IMG/VR virus record: IMGVR_UViG_3300020181_000018
Location: 1-40,327 of that record
Direction: 5' to 3' (one strand)
Origin: a virus
Taxonomy: Duplodnaviria > Caudoviricetes
DNA: 40,327 nucleotides
In this document: piece by piece, positions 7,159 through 15,700 of the stretch
Position numbering within the stretch: position 1 is the first letter of the stretch
How the letters are laid out: every line of letters begins with the position of its first letter
Notes under the pieces: model-generated
What the model was told of the DNA's origin: nothing
What the model saw: the letters and a program-made list of their open reading frames with translations, nothing else
Database searches by the model: none
Translations under genes and position numbers: made by a program

Positions 7159-7389
7159 TTACTTGTTGAGGGCGTGGTTCACGGATACTACCGCGATGGC
7201 ACCAGCAGTTGCTGCTCCAACCGTAGCGAGGGCCACGGCGCCGGCGCCGATGAAGAACTTCTTCCCGAGCTCGGTCGCTGCAGCTTTCGCTTCGGCAATG
7301 TAGTCGGGGGTGGGCTCTTGCGTCGGCTCCGTAGTCGTCGCCTTCTTCTTACGGGGGAAGAGGGTGATGGTGATTTCGGGCTTGAGCAT
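7159..7389 (-). CDS. Small membrane protein, 76 aa (cassette gene)
   Basis: SD GAAAGGA. C-terminal Ala/Gly/Val TM segment. Confidence 0.8.
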   Translation of the reverse strand: MLKPEITITLFPRKKKATTTEPTQEPTPDYIAEAKAAATELGKKFFIGAGAVALATVGAATAGAIAVVSVNHALNK

Positions 7390-7412
7390 GAGAATTTCCT
7401 TTCAAGTGGATG

Positions 7413-7439
7413 TCATTATAGGGGCTGTAAATCCTGCGA
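7413..7439 (-). promoter_or_regulatory. Repeated promoter-like motif, copy 3
   Basis: TCGCAGGATTTACAGCCCCTATAATGA. Confidence 0.8.
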
Positions 7440-7440
7440 G

Positions 7441-7482
7441 AAAGGAAAAGAAGAAAGCTCGCGATTAGGCGAGCACTCTTCT
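7441..7482 (-). terminator. Intrinsic terminator
   Basis: Minus strand AAGAAGAGTGCTCGCCTAATCGCGAGCTTTCTTCTTTT. The core is nearly identical to the 7115-7157 terminator. Confidence 0.8.
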
Positions 7483-7485
7483 TGG

Positions 7486-7665
7486 TTACTTCTTCTTGGG
7501 CTTCTTCACGTTGGTGATGACGTAGATCTTCTCGATCTTGATCGTTCCGGGGAGCGGCTTCTTCAGTCGGCGCTTGTTCACCTGGTTGGTGAGGACTGCA
7601 GCGCCAGCTGCGAGGGCAACTCCTCCAGCGGCCACGATGAGCTTGAGCTTGGTGTCTTCGTTCAT
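7486..7665 (-). CDS. Small membrane protein with a Lys-rich tail, 59 aa (cassette gene)
   Basis: Hand-translated MNEDTKLKLIVAAGGVALAAGAAVLTNQVNKRRLKKPLPGTIKIEKIYVITNVKKPKKK*. SD GAAAGGA. Confidence 0.8.
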   Translation of the reverse strand: MNEDTKLKLIVAAGGVALAAGAAVLTNQVNKRRLKKPLPGTIKIEKIYVITNVKKPKKK

Positions 7666-7686
7666 GATGTTTCCTTTCAGAGGGTG

Positions 7687-7713
7687 TCATTATAGGCCCT
7701 GTGAAAGTTGCGA
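7687..7713 (-). promoter_or_regulatory. Repeated promoter-like motif, copy 4
   Basis: TCGCAACTTTCACAGGGCCTATAATGA. Confidence 0.8.
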
Positions 7714-7720
7714 GCTAGCG

Positions 7721-7755
7721 AAAAAAGGAAAGGGCTCCGTTAAGAGCCCGATCCC
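7721..7755 (-). terminator. Intrinsic terminator
   Basis: Minus strand GGGCTC-TTAACG-GAGCCC followed by TTTCCTTTTTT. Confidence 0.8.
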
Positions 7756-7762
7756 GCTTGCA

Positions 7763-7888
7763 TCAGTACGACGGGTGGGTGACTTCGAAGTAGACGGCGT
7801 CGGCCTTCATCGTTCCGAAGAATTCGGTCATCAGCCCGTAGGCGGTGTCGAGTTCTTCGTCGGTGAGGAGTGACTGCTTTGTCTTCAT
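7763..7888 (-). CDS. Small acidic protein, 41 aa (cassette gene)
   Basis: Hand-translated MKTKQSLLTDEELDTAYGLMTEFFGTMKADAVYFEVTHPSY*. SD GAAAGG. Flanked by a promoter motif and a terminator. Confidence 0.75.
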   Translation of the reverse strand: MKTKQSLLTDEELDTAYGLMTEFFGTMKADAVYFEVTHPSY

Positions 7889-7921
7889 TTTAATCTACCT
7901 TTCAGAGGTGTTTGATGGATG

Positions 7922-7948
7922 TCATTATAGGGCCTGCAATTCTTGCGA
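7922..7948 (-). promoter_or_regulatory. Repeated promoter-like motif, copy 5
   Basis: TCGCAAGAATTGCAGGCCCTATAATGA. Confidence 0.8.
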
Positions 7949-7950
7949 GC

Positions 7951-7976
7951 GAAAAAGAAAGGCTCCGAAGAGCCCT
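7951..7976 (-). terminator. Intrinsic terminator with a cUUCGg tetraloop
   Basis: Minus strand GGGCTC-TTCG-GAGCCT followed by TTCTTTTT. Confidence 0.85.
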
Positions 7977-7979
7977 CCC

Positions 7980-8156
7980 TTATCGACCATAACGGTGTCG
8001 GATGTGATCCTGGGTTGCGAGGTAGATCAGCGCCTCCTTGGCGGCTGCACCGCCGAACTCCGATACCATGCGCTTCTGAGCGCGGTGGTATCCAACAGAG
8101 TAGGCGACGATGCTGATGCCAGCGAGGGCGAGTGCGATCTTAAGTCGTTCGTCCAT
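7980..8156 (-). CDS. Small membrane protein, 58 aa (cassette gene)
   Basis: Hand-translated MDERLKIALALAGISIVAYSVGYHRAQKRMVSEFGGAAAKEALIYLATQDHIRHRYGR*. SD GAAAGGA. Confidence 0.8.
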   Translation of the reverse strand: MDERLKIALALAGISIVAYSVGYHRAQKRMVSEFGGAAAKEALIYLATQDHIRHRYGR

Positions 8157-8177
8157 AGTGGTTCCTTTCGAGTGGTG

Positions 8178-8204
8178 TCACTATAGGGTCTGTGAAAAGT
8201 GCGA
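8178..8204 (-). promoter_or_regulatory. Repeated promoter-like motif, copy 6
   Basis: TCGCACTTTTCACAGACCCTATAGTGA. Confidence 0.75.
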
Positions 8205-8273
8205 AGCATTCATCAGGAAAACCCATCCGGGAAATTTTTGAAATGCGTGTTGATAATGCGAACCAAAACGGAA

Positions 8274-8311
8274 GGAGGTCCGGCGGCACAGTTACGTGCG
8301 TTAGGACCTCC
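8274..8311 (-). terminator. Stem-loop, possible terminator
   Basis: ggaggtcc/ggacctcc outer stem with a gcac/gtgc inner stem, followed on the minus strand by TTCCGTTTT. Confidence 0.55.
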
Positions 8312-8354
8312 TCCCATTTTGATGGTATCTGCCTTCTAGTGGCCGATGCCTGGT

Positions 8355-8642
8355 TCAGGGCTTGCGGATGAAGGTTGCTGCCTTCGAGGTGAACGAGTGT
8401 CCACGCTGTTCATAGATCATGATCAGCGCGATCCCACCGACAGACGCGATGACGGGGATCCAGTCCTTGAGCGTTGTACGATCCTTGGACTTGGGGTCCT
8501 TGATCTTGTACAGCTTGTCGAGCTGGTCCACACATTTAGCGTATTCGGCGGAATCTGCGGTGAGCGATTCCATTTCAGCGAAGACGGCTTTGATTGCCTC
8601 TTCGAGCTTGCTTTCTTCCTGCTTGCGGTTGATACCGAGCAT
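8355..8642 (-). CDS. Small protein with a C-terminal TM helix (cassette gene)
   Basis: SD GAAAGGAG. Helical N-terminus, then WIPVIASVGGIALIMIYE. Confidence 0.8.
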   Translation of the reverse strand: MLGINRKQEESKLEEAIKAVFAEMESLTADSAEYAKCVDQLDKLYKIKDPKSKDRTTLKDWIPVIASVGGIALIMIYEQRGHSFTSKAATFIRKP

Positions 8643-8667
8643 GTTGGTCTCCTTTCAAGAGATGATG

Positions 8668-8694
8668 TCACTATAGGGCTTGTAATCCTTGCGA
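8668..8694 (-). promoter_or_regulatory. Repeated promoter-like motif, copy 7, at the boundary between structural and accessory regions
   Basis: TCGCAAGGATTACAAGCCCTATAGTGA, immediately after the stop of the holin-like gene. Confidence 0.8.
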
Positions 8695-8695
8695 G

Positions 8696-9190
8696 TTAGT
8701 TCAGACCCTGACTCTGGTCCGGAACGAACTCGGCGATGATCTGATTCTTCGCAGCATCAGTCTTCGGGATGATAGCTCCCTGAGCCTTAGCGACGGCCTC
8801 AACCTTCTCGAGCTCCTGACTCTTACCGATGAAAACGGCAAGAAGCGAAGACAGCGAAGACAGAGCCAGTGATAAACCAGTCAGGAGAGCCGCATTCGTC
8901 TCGTCTGAGTAAAGACCGAAGAACACAAGAGACGGAGACACGGTAGCTGCCAACGAGTAGATCGCCGCTCGAACAACCGCCCAACCAGTGCCCCAATCAC
9001 CCTTACGAACGTTGACCAGGGACAGAATTGCCGCAAGGAACTGAATCACAGCACCCGCGATGATGAGTCCCTGCTCCGTCTGAGCCTGAGTGGCAAATCC
9101 ACCAAGAATCAGAAGAGGAGCGAGGGTACCGAGAAACAGCTGAATCTGCTGTCGACGCTCGGGTGTGAAGACCTTATTGAGGGTTTCCAT
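8696..9190 (-). CDS. Holin-like four-TM membrane protein
   Basis: Start METLNK at 9190 behind AAGGAG. Two tandem R..I[QY]...P.L...G two-TM units. Located at the end of the tail operon. Confidence 0.6.
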   Translation of the reverse strand: METLNKVFTPERRQQIQLFLGTLAPLLILGGFATQAQTEQGLIIAGAVIQFLAAILSLVNVRKGDWGTGWAVVRAAIYSLAATVSPSLVFFGLYSDETNAALLTGLSLALSSLSSLLAVFIGKSQELEKVEAVAKAQGAIIPKTDAAKNQIIAEFVPDQSQGLN

Positions 9191-9203
9191 TGATAATTTC
9201 TCC

Positions 9204-9923
9204 TTAGTTTCCTTTGAGTGCGGTCCAAACGCCACTCTTCTTTTCGTAAAGAATGGCTTGTCGCCAAGCGCCTGAAACCTTAACGTAGAGAATCATCTCT
9301 CGCCATACGCCAGCGACTTTAACTCTACCGCTAGAGAGTGTTCTACCTTCCGAACGAGAAGACCAGGGACCCCAGCCAACGTCATTTCGACCTCGAGACC
9401 AGAAATACCATGTTGTACCGATGGAGAGTCCACCGATGACCGAGGTACCACCAGAACCTACAAGATACTGAGCGGCGTTCGGATCGGTACCGTAACCGAT
9501 CTGCCATTCCCGAATCGGAGATCCACCATTACCGTTACCACTGAAACGATAACGCATATCGGTATGACCGATCATATCCACCCCAACCGGAGTCGGAGCG
9601 TCGGGAACGGTTGCTCGATGGATGTATTGCCAGAAGTCGGTGGGACCGCCAAATCCTTGAGTGTTGGATTTGTCGATGTGGAAGCACACTGATTGATTGT
9701 ACGTTGCCGCGTGAGCACCCAAATATCGCCATACTCGATTGGAGTAGTTCGATACGTTCGGCAGACCACGCCACACACCGTCGACATAAGCGTTGGTGCC
9801 GAATCCTGGAGTTCCGACAAATGTCTGTGACGAACCGGCTTGAATATGGAACTCGACCCAGTATCCCTGATCTCGGATGAGCATGACTCCACCCGCACCG
9901 GTGCCTTGTGTGTAGTCAGCCAT
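9204..9923 (-). CDS. Minor tail protein with an FN3 domain
   Basis: VPDAP...NGGSPIREWQI...WYFWSRGRNDVGWGPWS is an FN3 signature. C-terminal VKVAGVWR/YVKVSGAW repeats. Confidence 0.8.
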   Translation of the reverse strand: MADYTQGTGAGGVMLIRDQGYWVEFHIQAGSSQTFVGTPGFGTNAYVDGVWRGLPNVSNYSNRVWRYLGAHAATYNQSVCFHIDKSNTQGFGGPTDFWQYIHRATVPDAPTPVGVDMIGHTDMRYRFSGNGNGGSPIREWQIGYGTDPNAAQYLVGSGGTSVIGGLSIGTTWYFWSRGRNDVGWGPWSSRSEGRTLSSGRVKVAGVWREMILYVKVSGAWRQAILYEKKSGVWTALKGN

Positions 9924-9931
9924 GCGTCACC

Positions 9932-10174
9932 TCAGATATACCTAGCGAACCAGTCGCCATCGTCGCCGACCGTGTTAGCAGGTACGGCTGTTCCGATAGA
10001 CAAACCCGCTGCTGCGCGATATCCAGCTTTGCCGACGGGAATGAGGTCCATGACCTGTGCGACAAAGTCGCGAGTGCGATTAATTTCTCGAGCGCCCCAG
10101 CGGACGCGACCTTCCTCGCCCGTGTCGGGGACGAGAGGGAGGCCTTTCCCTGTTGCGCCATCACCTACAGCCAT
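9932..10174 (-). CDS. Small minor tail protein
   Basis: Position in the tail operon. C-terminal GTAVPANTVGDDGDWF motif typical of fibre adaptors. Confidence 0.7.
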   Translation of the reverse strand: MAVGDGATGKGLPLVPDTGEEGRVRWGAREINRTRDFVAQVMDLIPVGKAGYRAAAGLSIGTAVPANTVGDDGDWFARYI

Positions 10175-10196
10175 GTTCTCAACTCCTTTCCGAATA

Positions 10197-10547
10197 TCAT
10201 CCTGCGTCTACCCATTTACCATCTCGAATCCATCCGTGAAGACCACAACAACCGGGCCAATATACCGATGCTTCAATGTGTAGAGGTGATGTACTAATAA
10301 GATCATGAGCCCGAACTCCCGTGGGTTTCCATCCGACGTATCTGCTCGTCCAGTGATTATCCACGGGATTAAGATTCAGATCGCAGTCATGCCAAACCCA
10401 GAGACACTCGATGGTGTGCTCGTGATCAATTAGTTCAGGATCGCAGGTCCAAGAATATGCAACTTTGTCTCCCAGAACAATGACTTCTACGTAGCGACTA
10501 TCATGGAATGCCCATCGAACAAAAATGTTTTCACCCGCTTGAGGCAT
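10197..10547 (-). CDS. Cys/His-rich protein (DUF6527-like C-terminus)
   Basis: Start MPQAGE at 10547. WHDC...SPLHIEASVYWPGCCGLHGWIRDGKW. Confidence 0.6.
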   Translation of the reverse strand: MPQAGENIFVRWAFHDSRYVEVIVLGDKVAYSWTCDPELIDHEHTIECLWVWHDCDLNLNPVDNHWTSRYVGWKPTGVRAHDLISTSPLHIEASVYWPGCCGLHGWIRDGKWVDAG

Positions 10548-10557
10548 AGTCCATCCC

Positions 10558-11955
10558 TTACGACGTGGCCCAGGTTCCATCAGCAGTCGACCATGTCTGG
10601 TTGTAGTCCCAAGCAAACCAGGAGCCAGGTGTGATGAAGCGATCGATAGCAAGCGTCGGATATGAACGTTCGCCCTGACTGTCAGATACGAAGATTTGCT
10701 CTGTGACACGCATCTGATTAGTGATTCCATCATTATTCCGCATCTCTACTTTGTCACCAAGTTGATAGGCAATTTCATAGGGATATGGACTGGTCATTGG
10801 AAGTTCACCATCAAATGCTTGAACGGGGCGATTTTTAGCCAATTCATCTCGACCACGCTGTTGAAGAAAAGCGTTGATGTAAATGTTTTCGGCCGTGTTG
10901 TAGTCCCACGAGAAAGTACGAGCATTTGTGATGGATGTTTTTTCCCCTGCCGTAAGACCGACGTGAAGGAGCGCTGCCGTGATATTATCGTAATCCACTT
11001 GGATTAGACGCTCCTTCTGAACCAGCTTACGCATTGACGTTTTGCGATCTTCAGGAGCGTCGTTGAACGCGATATACTTATTGATTGCTGCTGTTTGATC
11101 AGCTGGAACTTCGTACTCGCGAGCAGGGACTTTGATGTCGCTCGCATCCACAACGAGAATCCGGCGATCAAGCCCCTCAACCTCAACAGAAACGCCATCA
11201 GCCGTAACGATCTGAACCGAAATAGGATGATACACGTAAGCGACATTTCGATAATTACCCGTCGATGTAACTTCGCTAATGTTAGTGAGGTTATCAAGAT
11301 TGGGCGCAAATACGACAGGAGCCAAAGTATCCTGAAGTGTAGTTCGATCATTACCCGAGTAAATATCGAAATAGAGCTCGGACGTATCAAAGTTACGAAG
11401 AAGTCGAAAGCCGAGATCGTATGCGTCGCAAATCTCCTTGATGATTTTGTACACCGTGGAGAGACCGATTTCGAGCGTGATAATCTCGCTGGGTTCTTCG
11501 ATAGTTCCTGGAGGAAACAGAGAACCCGGAACAAGAAATGGAATCTGGTCGTCAGCCATCAAAACGTTTGCCCGACAAATATCGTTAAACACTTGACGAC
11601 AAATATCTCCAGGCGTTCCAGTAACGGTCCATTTAGCGAGAGTATTGAGATCAGCGAATGTGTTTCGAGAAACTCGCTCATCCAAAATCGATTCGAGAGA
11701 ACGACCACTAACCTTCAGTATCTGTCGTCCATCGTCATCGACCGAGTTTTCCACGAGTTCGACCTTCATGATGCGATAAGATTCACTCATCGCCAAGAGG
11801 GTCCCCGCGGGGAGAACTCTGCGCATTTCAGGTGTAGAGAAAATGTGCAGTTCGAAATCTCCCCACGCGGAGAACCTCTCTGTCCAGATCATGGACTCAA
11901 ACCGATCGATTACCGATGCTCGTCGGAGCAGACTGTCGAGAGTGTAAAGTTCCAC
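10558..11955 (-). CDS. Minor tail / baseplate hub protein (ReqiPepy6 Gp37-like)
   Basis: IDRFESMIWTERFSAWGDFEL N-terminus, GRSLESIL, YQLGDKV C-terminus. Follows Dit. Confidence 0.85.
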   Translation of the reverse strand: MELYTLDSLLRRASVIDRFESMIWTERFSAWGDFELHIFSTPEMRRVLPAGTLLAMSESYRIMKVELVENSVDDDGRQILKVSGRSLESILDERVSRNTFADLNTLAKWTVTGTPGDICRQVFNDICRANVLMADDQIPFLVPGSLFPPGTIEEPSEIITLEIGLSTVYKIIKEICDAYDLGFRLLRNFDTSELYFDIYSGNDRTTLQDTLAPVVFAPNLDNLTNISEVTSTGNYRNVAYVYHPISVQIVTADGVSVEVEGLDRRILVVDASDIKVPAREYEVPADQTAAINKYIAFNDAPEDRKTSMRKLVQKERLIQVDYDNITAALLHVGLTAGEKTSITNARTFSWDYNTAENIYINAFLQQRGRDELAKNRPVQAFDGELPMTSPYPYEIAYQLGDKVEMRNNDGITNQMRVTEQIFVSDSQGERSYPTLAIDRFITPGSWFAWDYNQTWSTADGTWATS

Positions 11956-12786
11956 TTACAGTCCTCCAAACTTAGTGGTGTGTTCGATCTGATAAGGAAT
12001 CCCCGCTCCTTCCGCATAAACACGTAGTTTATTGTCTCCGGGGAAGAGGCTGATCCAGTCTGATTGCGGTGAAATCCCAAATAGGTACGAAGTATCCACA
12101 CCACCTCTAGTGAGTGTCGCAAACTTGTTCCCTGGGATGGTCGATATAGTCACAACATCCCCGGCTTGTAGAGGTGTTGCGGTTGCGAAATCGAGAGATC
12201 TCAACGAGTCGTCAGGAGGACGATGATAAATCGTAAACTCCGTCAGATTTGATCGATCGACCATGAGACGGAAGATAATTCCGGTCTCGACCGTCCCCTG
12301 ATAGGAACGAGTCGGCTCCACTGTACTAGCGGTAGTATTACCATTCCAGATTACGGGCGTGGGATTGTAGAAATCCGGATCGAAGCACAAGATCGAAATA
12401 ACCGCATTTGGTTCTCTTGAGAATTTCTCCGAATCGAACGACTCCACACGCCCGTAAATCTGAACGACCGGTTCTCCCGTCTGGAAGAAGCGGAGCAGCA
12501 CTCTAGACTTCGGCATGAAGAACGTGTAAAGCTTCTTGCGAAGACTTTGCACAGTACCCGACACATAATCAGGCTCATAACCAAGAGTAAGAAGGATGTT
12601 CCGCTTCTCCCGACGAGAGGATTGATACTGTTCACCGTCCATCGAGCCAAACGGTGACGACACAATGGTCGCCCTCACAGGATCCAGTCCAGTAATATTC
12701 TGAACTGAGTACCCTTGACTGATGTCCTGAAGGGGCAGCGTCAGAAGCACACCTTGTTCGGTGAGAACTTCAACTTTTTCAAGCAT
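11956..12786 (-). CDS. Distal tail protein (Dit, Sipho_tail-like)
   Basis: Directly after the tape measure gene. ITGLDP...KRNI...ISILCFDPDF...LFPGDN motifs. Confidence 0.85.
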   Translation of the reverse strand: MLEKVEVLTEQGVLLTLPLQDISQGYSVQNITGLDPVRATIVSSPFGSMDGEQYQSSRREKRNILLTLGYEPDYVSGTVQSLRKKLYTFFMPKSRVLLRFFQTGEPVVQIYGRVESFDSEKFSREPNAVISILCFDPDFYNPTPVIWNGNTTASTVEPTRSYQGTVETGIIFRLMVDRSNLTEFTIYHRPPDDSLRSLDFATATPLQAGDVVTISTIPGNKFATLTRGGVDTSYLFGISPQSDWISLFPGDNKLRVYAEGAGIPYQIEHTTKFGGL

Positions 12787-15700
12787 CCTTTGGCTGTCCC
12801 TTCTTTACGATGGTTGATAGTCCATTATTGGTTTGACGGTAGATCTCTACTGCGGACAGCTGCTTCGGAGAAGTGTTGTTCTGCGTGAAGTTGATGGTGG
12901 TGCCCGCAGGCTCATCATCGTCTCCACCGTAACGAGACTCCTCGAACTCCCGCTGCGATTCCGCAATGGACGCCGCGTAAGCGTAGCTGTCGTCGACCTT
13001 AAGGGTCGGCGGAGTAAGCATCCCACCAATAAGGGCGGAATTCTTCCGTACATTAGAGAGATCCAGAACGGGTCGAATGGTTGGATTGAAGTCCATATCC
13101 GTAGCGACCGCGTTCTTGAGGTTGGAAAGGGATTTCCGCATAGCAGTGAGAGCATCGTTGCCGACATTCTCCGCAGCACGTTCGACGACCGGAGCGGTCT
13201 TTTCGAGCCCGACAGCCATACCCTCAGTTGACCAAGCGCCCACCTTGAAGAACTCTCGCGATGGAGATTTAATACCAAGGAAGTTCTTAGCTGCATTGAG
13301 GGCTTTGCTGGCGACATCGGCCGCAGCCTTAATAACACGTCCGACACCACTGAACAAACCATTCGTCATACCATCGAGGATAGCTGTGGCGAGGTTTCCA
13401 GCAGCGGCTTGCATACGAGCACGGTTATTGTTGATACCGTCAGCAAGTCCCTGAACGAACGAAATAATAAGGTTTGCGCCCGCCTGAATGATTCGAGGAA
13501 GACCCGCCGCAACACCATTGATGAAGTTCACAATGATGTCCGTGCCCTTTTCGACCACCTTACCGATGTTTCGACCGATACCATCAAGAACACCAATAAG
13601 GATCAGCATACCAGCGTTAGCAATGGCTGGGATGAGAGTCACCATGGCGTTGATAAAAGCAAGCACAATGGTAATACCAAGGTTAACGATTTGCGGAATC
13701 AGCGTTTGCGCCGAGATCAACATTTCGCTAATCAGCATTGTCAGAGTCTGAATCATCAACGGCCCATTAGCCTGGAGTCCCATAAGGAACGCCTGGATGA
13801 GCGTGGTTGCTGCCATCGTGAACTCGGTGGCGCCGCCGGCGATCACCAACGCAAAGTCGATGAGCCCCTGAGCGAATGACGCCATCATTGCCGGAAGAGA
13901 AGCGGCTATTGTTTCCAGAGCCAACTTAATTTGAGGCGCTCCCATGGCTGCCACAGCAACCAAAGCAGCAAACCCAGCGGTGAACAGGAAAATAGCCTGC
14001 CCAGCCATAAGAAGACCACCGCCGATCATAACGATTGCTGCTCCGAGAAGCATAAATCCGACCGACGCTGGAATAAGGAGCAAACCACCTACCGCAAGGA
14101 TCGCCAAAGACGCTCCAAGCATGGTGAGCCCGCGACCTATGGCATCCCAAGACATAGTGCCGAGGATAGCCAGAGCGGGGGCGAGCATCATCAAACCAGC
14201 AGACACTACGAAGAGTGCCAAACCACCCAAAGCCACCAAAGGAATACCCATCAAGGCCATAGCACCGGCCAGAATCGCCAGCGAACCACCGAGCATGACC
14301 AGGCCGCGGCCGATCTCATCCCAACTGAAAGATGAGAATATCTTCATGGCGCCAGCAAGAACCGTAATGGCCGCCGAAACGACCAGCATGGCTGCCGCTC
14401 CGAGAAGACCCGGGCCTCCGAGAGCCCCCATAAGAGCCATACCGCCGACCATGACTGCCATCGCACCCGCAAACGCCACGGTGGCACGCAGAATATCGTC
14501 CCAACTCATCGTCGAGAAGACTTTCATTGCACCAGCGAGGATGTTCATAGCGACAGAAATGATGACCATTGACGCAGCAGCAAAGACCTTACTATGAACC
14601 AGAGCCATTGCTCCGACCATAATACCCAAAGCCGCAGCCAAGGTGGTCCCAGCTCGGAGAATATCATCCCAACTCATCGTCGAGAAGATCTTCATTGCTC
14701 CCGATAGAATGAGCATGGCTCCAGCCAGAAGCACAAGAGCGGGAGCTGTGAAATACAGCTTACCCGACACCTTGTTCATCATCATGGATGCTCCAACAAG
14801 GATGCCAAGACCCACGGCCATACCAGAGAGGCCTCGTGCAAGTTCCAACCAGTCCATGGTAGACATGATAAGAACCGCAGTGGACATCAGGATCATGGCT
14901 CCAGCCAGAAGCACGAGAGCACCAGCAACACCGATAACCTTATGTGTCTTAACAGCGGAGGTGAGCTTATCAATCGCAACAAGCATCGCCGAAAGCTGAC
15001 CGAACATGATCGTCATCGCCCCGAGGGTGATGAAGAGCTTGCCAGTGTCAACGAACGACAAGGCCACAACCGAAGCGGTGATGAGCGCAATAGCAATACC
15101 AATACCGATGAGCGTTGCCGACTTCAGAGTGTTCTGAAGTTCACTGAATGTATCAGTGATGGCTCCAAATACATTCTTAATCGTATCGATCATGCCGGGA
15201 CCGGAGTCACCCTTATCTCCGAAGAGAAGCCCCATGATACCCTTGCCCTTAAGGAAATCAAACGCCTTCTTTAGTCCGATTCCGATGGCGCCAAGTGCCC
15301 CAAAGTTCATCAATCCAACGAGAACGTTGAAATCAAGAGTCTTGAAGAAATCTCCAAGGACTTTCTTCGCATCACGGAAGAAATTACCCAACTCTTCCCA
15401 CACGGGACCGAGGAATTCACCAATCTTTCGGAACGCATTAGCAACAGCTTCCCATGCATCCGCAAGGTTCCATGTGCCAATCGCATCGATCGTCCAAGAG
15501 CCAAGCTCACGAAGCCTGTCAATCGGCCACTGAAGAGCGTCTCCCAAACTCGTGAAGAACTTCTCGAGTGCGGTACCGTTCTTGATCGCGTCGCGAACCT
15601 TGACCAGGAAATCGCCAATGGATGCCGTAACACCCAGCACGCCCCCGGCACCTTCCGTGGCCGCTCCGAAGAGACGACCGAAGAGACCGATGACCTGTTG

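Noticed and set aside
7349-8209. ORF-track calls 7349..7690 (-) and 8027..8209 (-)
   Set aside because: Wrong frames. The SD-supported genes are 7486..7665 and 7980..8156, each bounded by a promoter motif and a terminator.
6741-8694. CRISPR array interpretation of the 27-bp repeats
   Set aside because: The repeats are degenerate, 230-670 bp apart, contain a -10 box and flank ORFs with terminators. No cas genes are present.
13900-15100. Repeats within the tape measure gene (for example KIFSTMSWDDILRA twice)
   Set aside because: Ordinary tape-measure periodicity, not a separate element.
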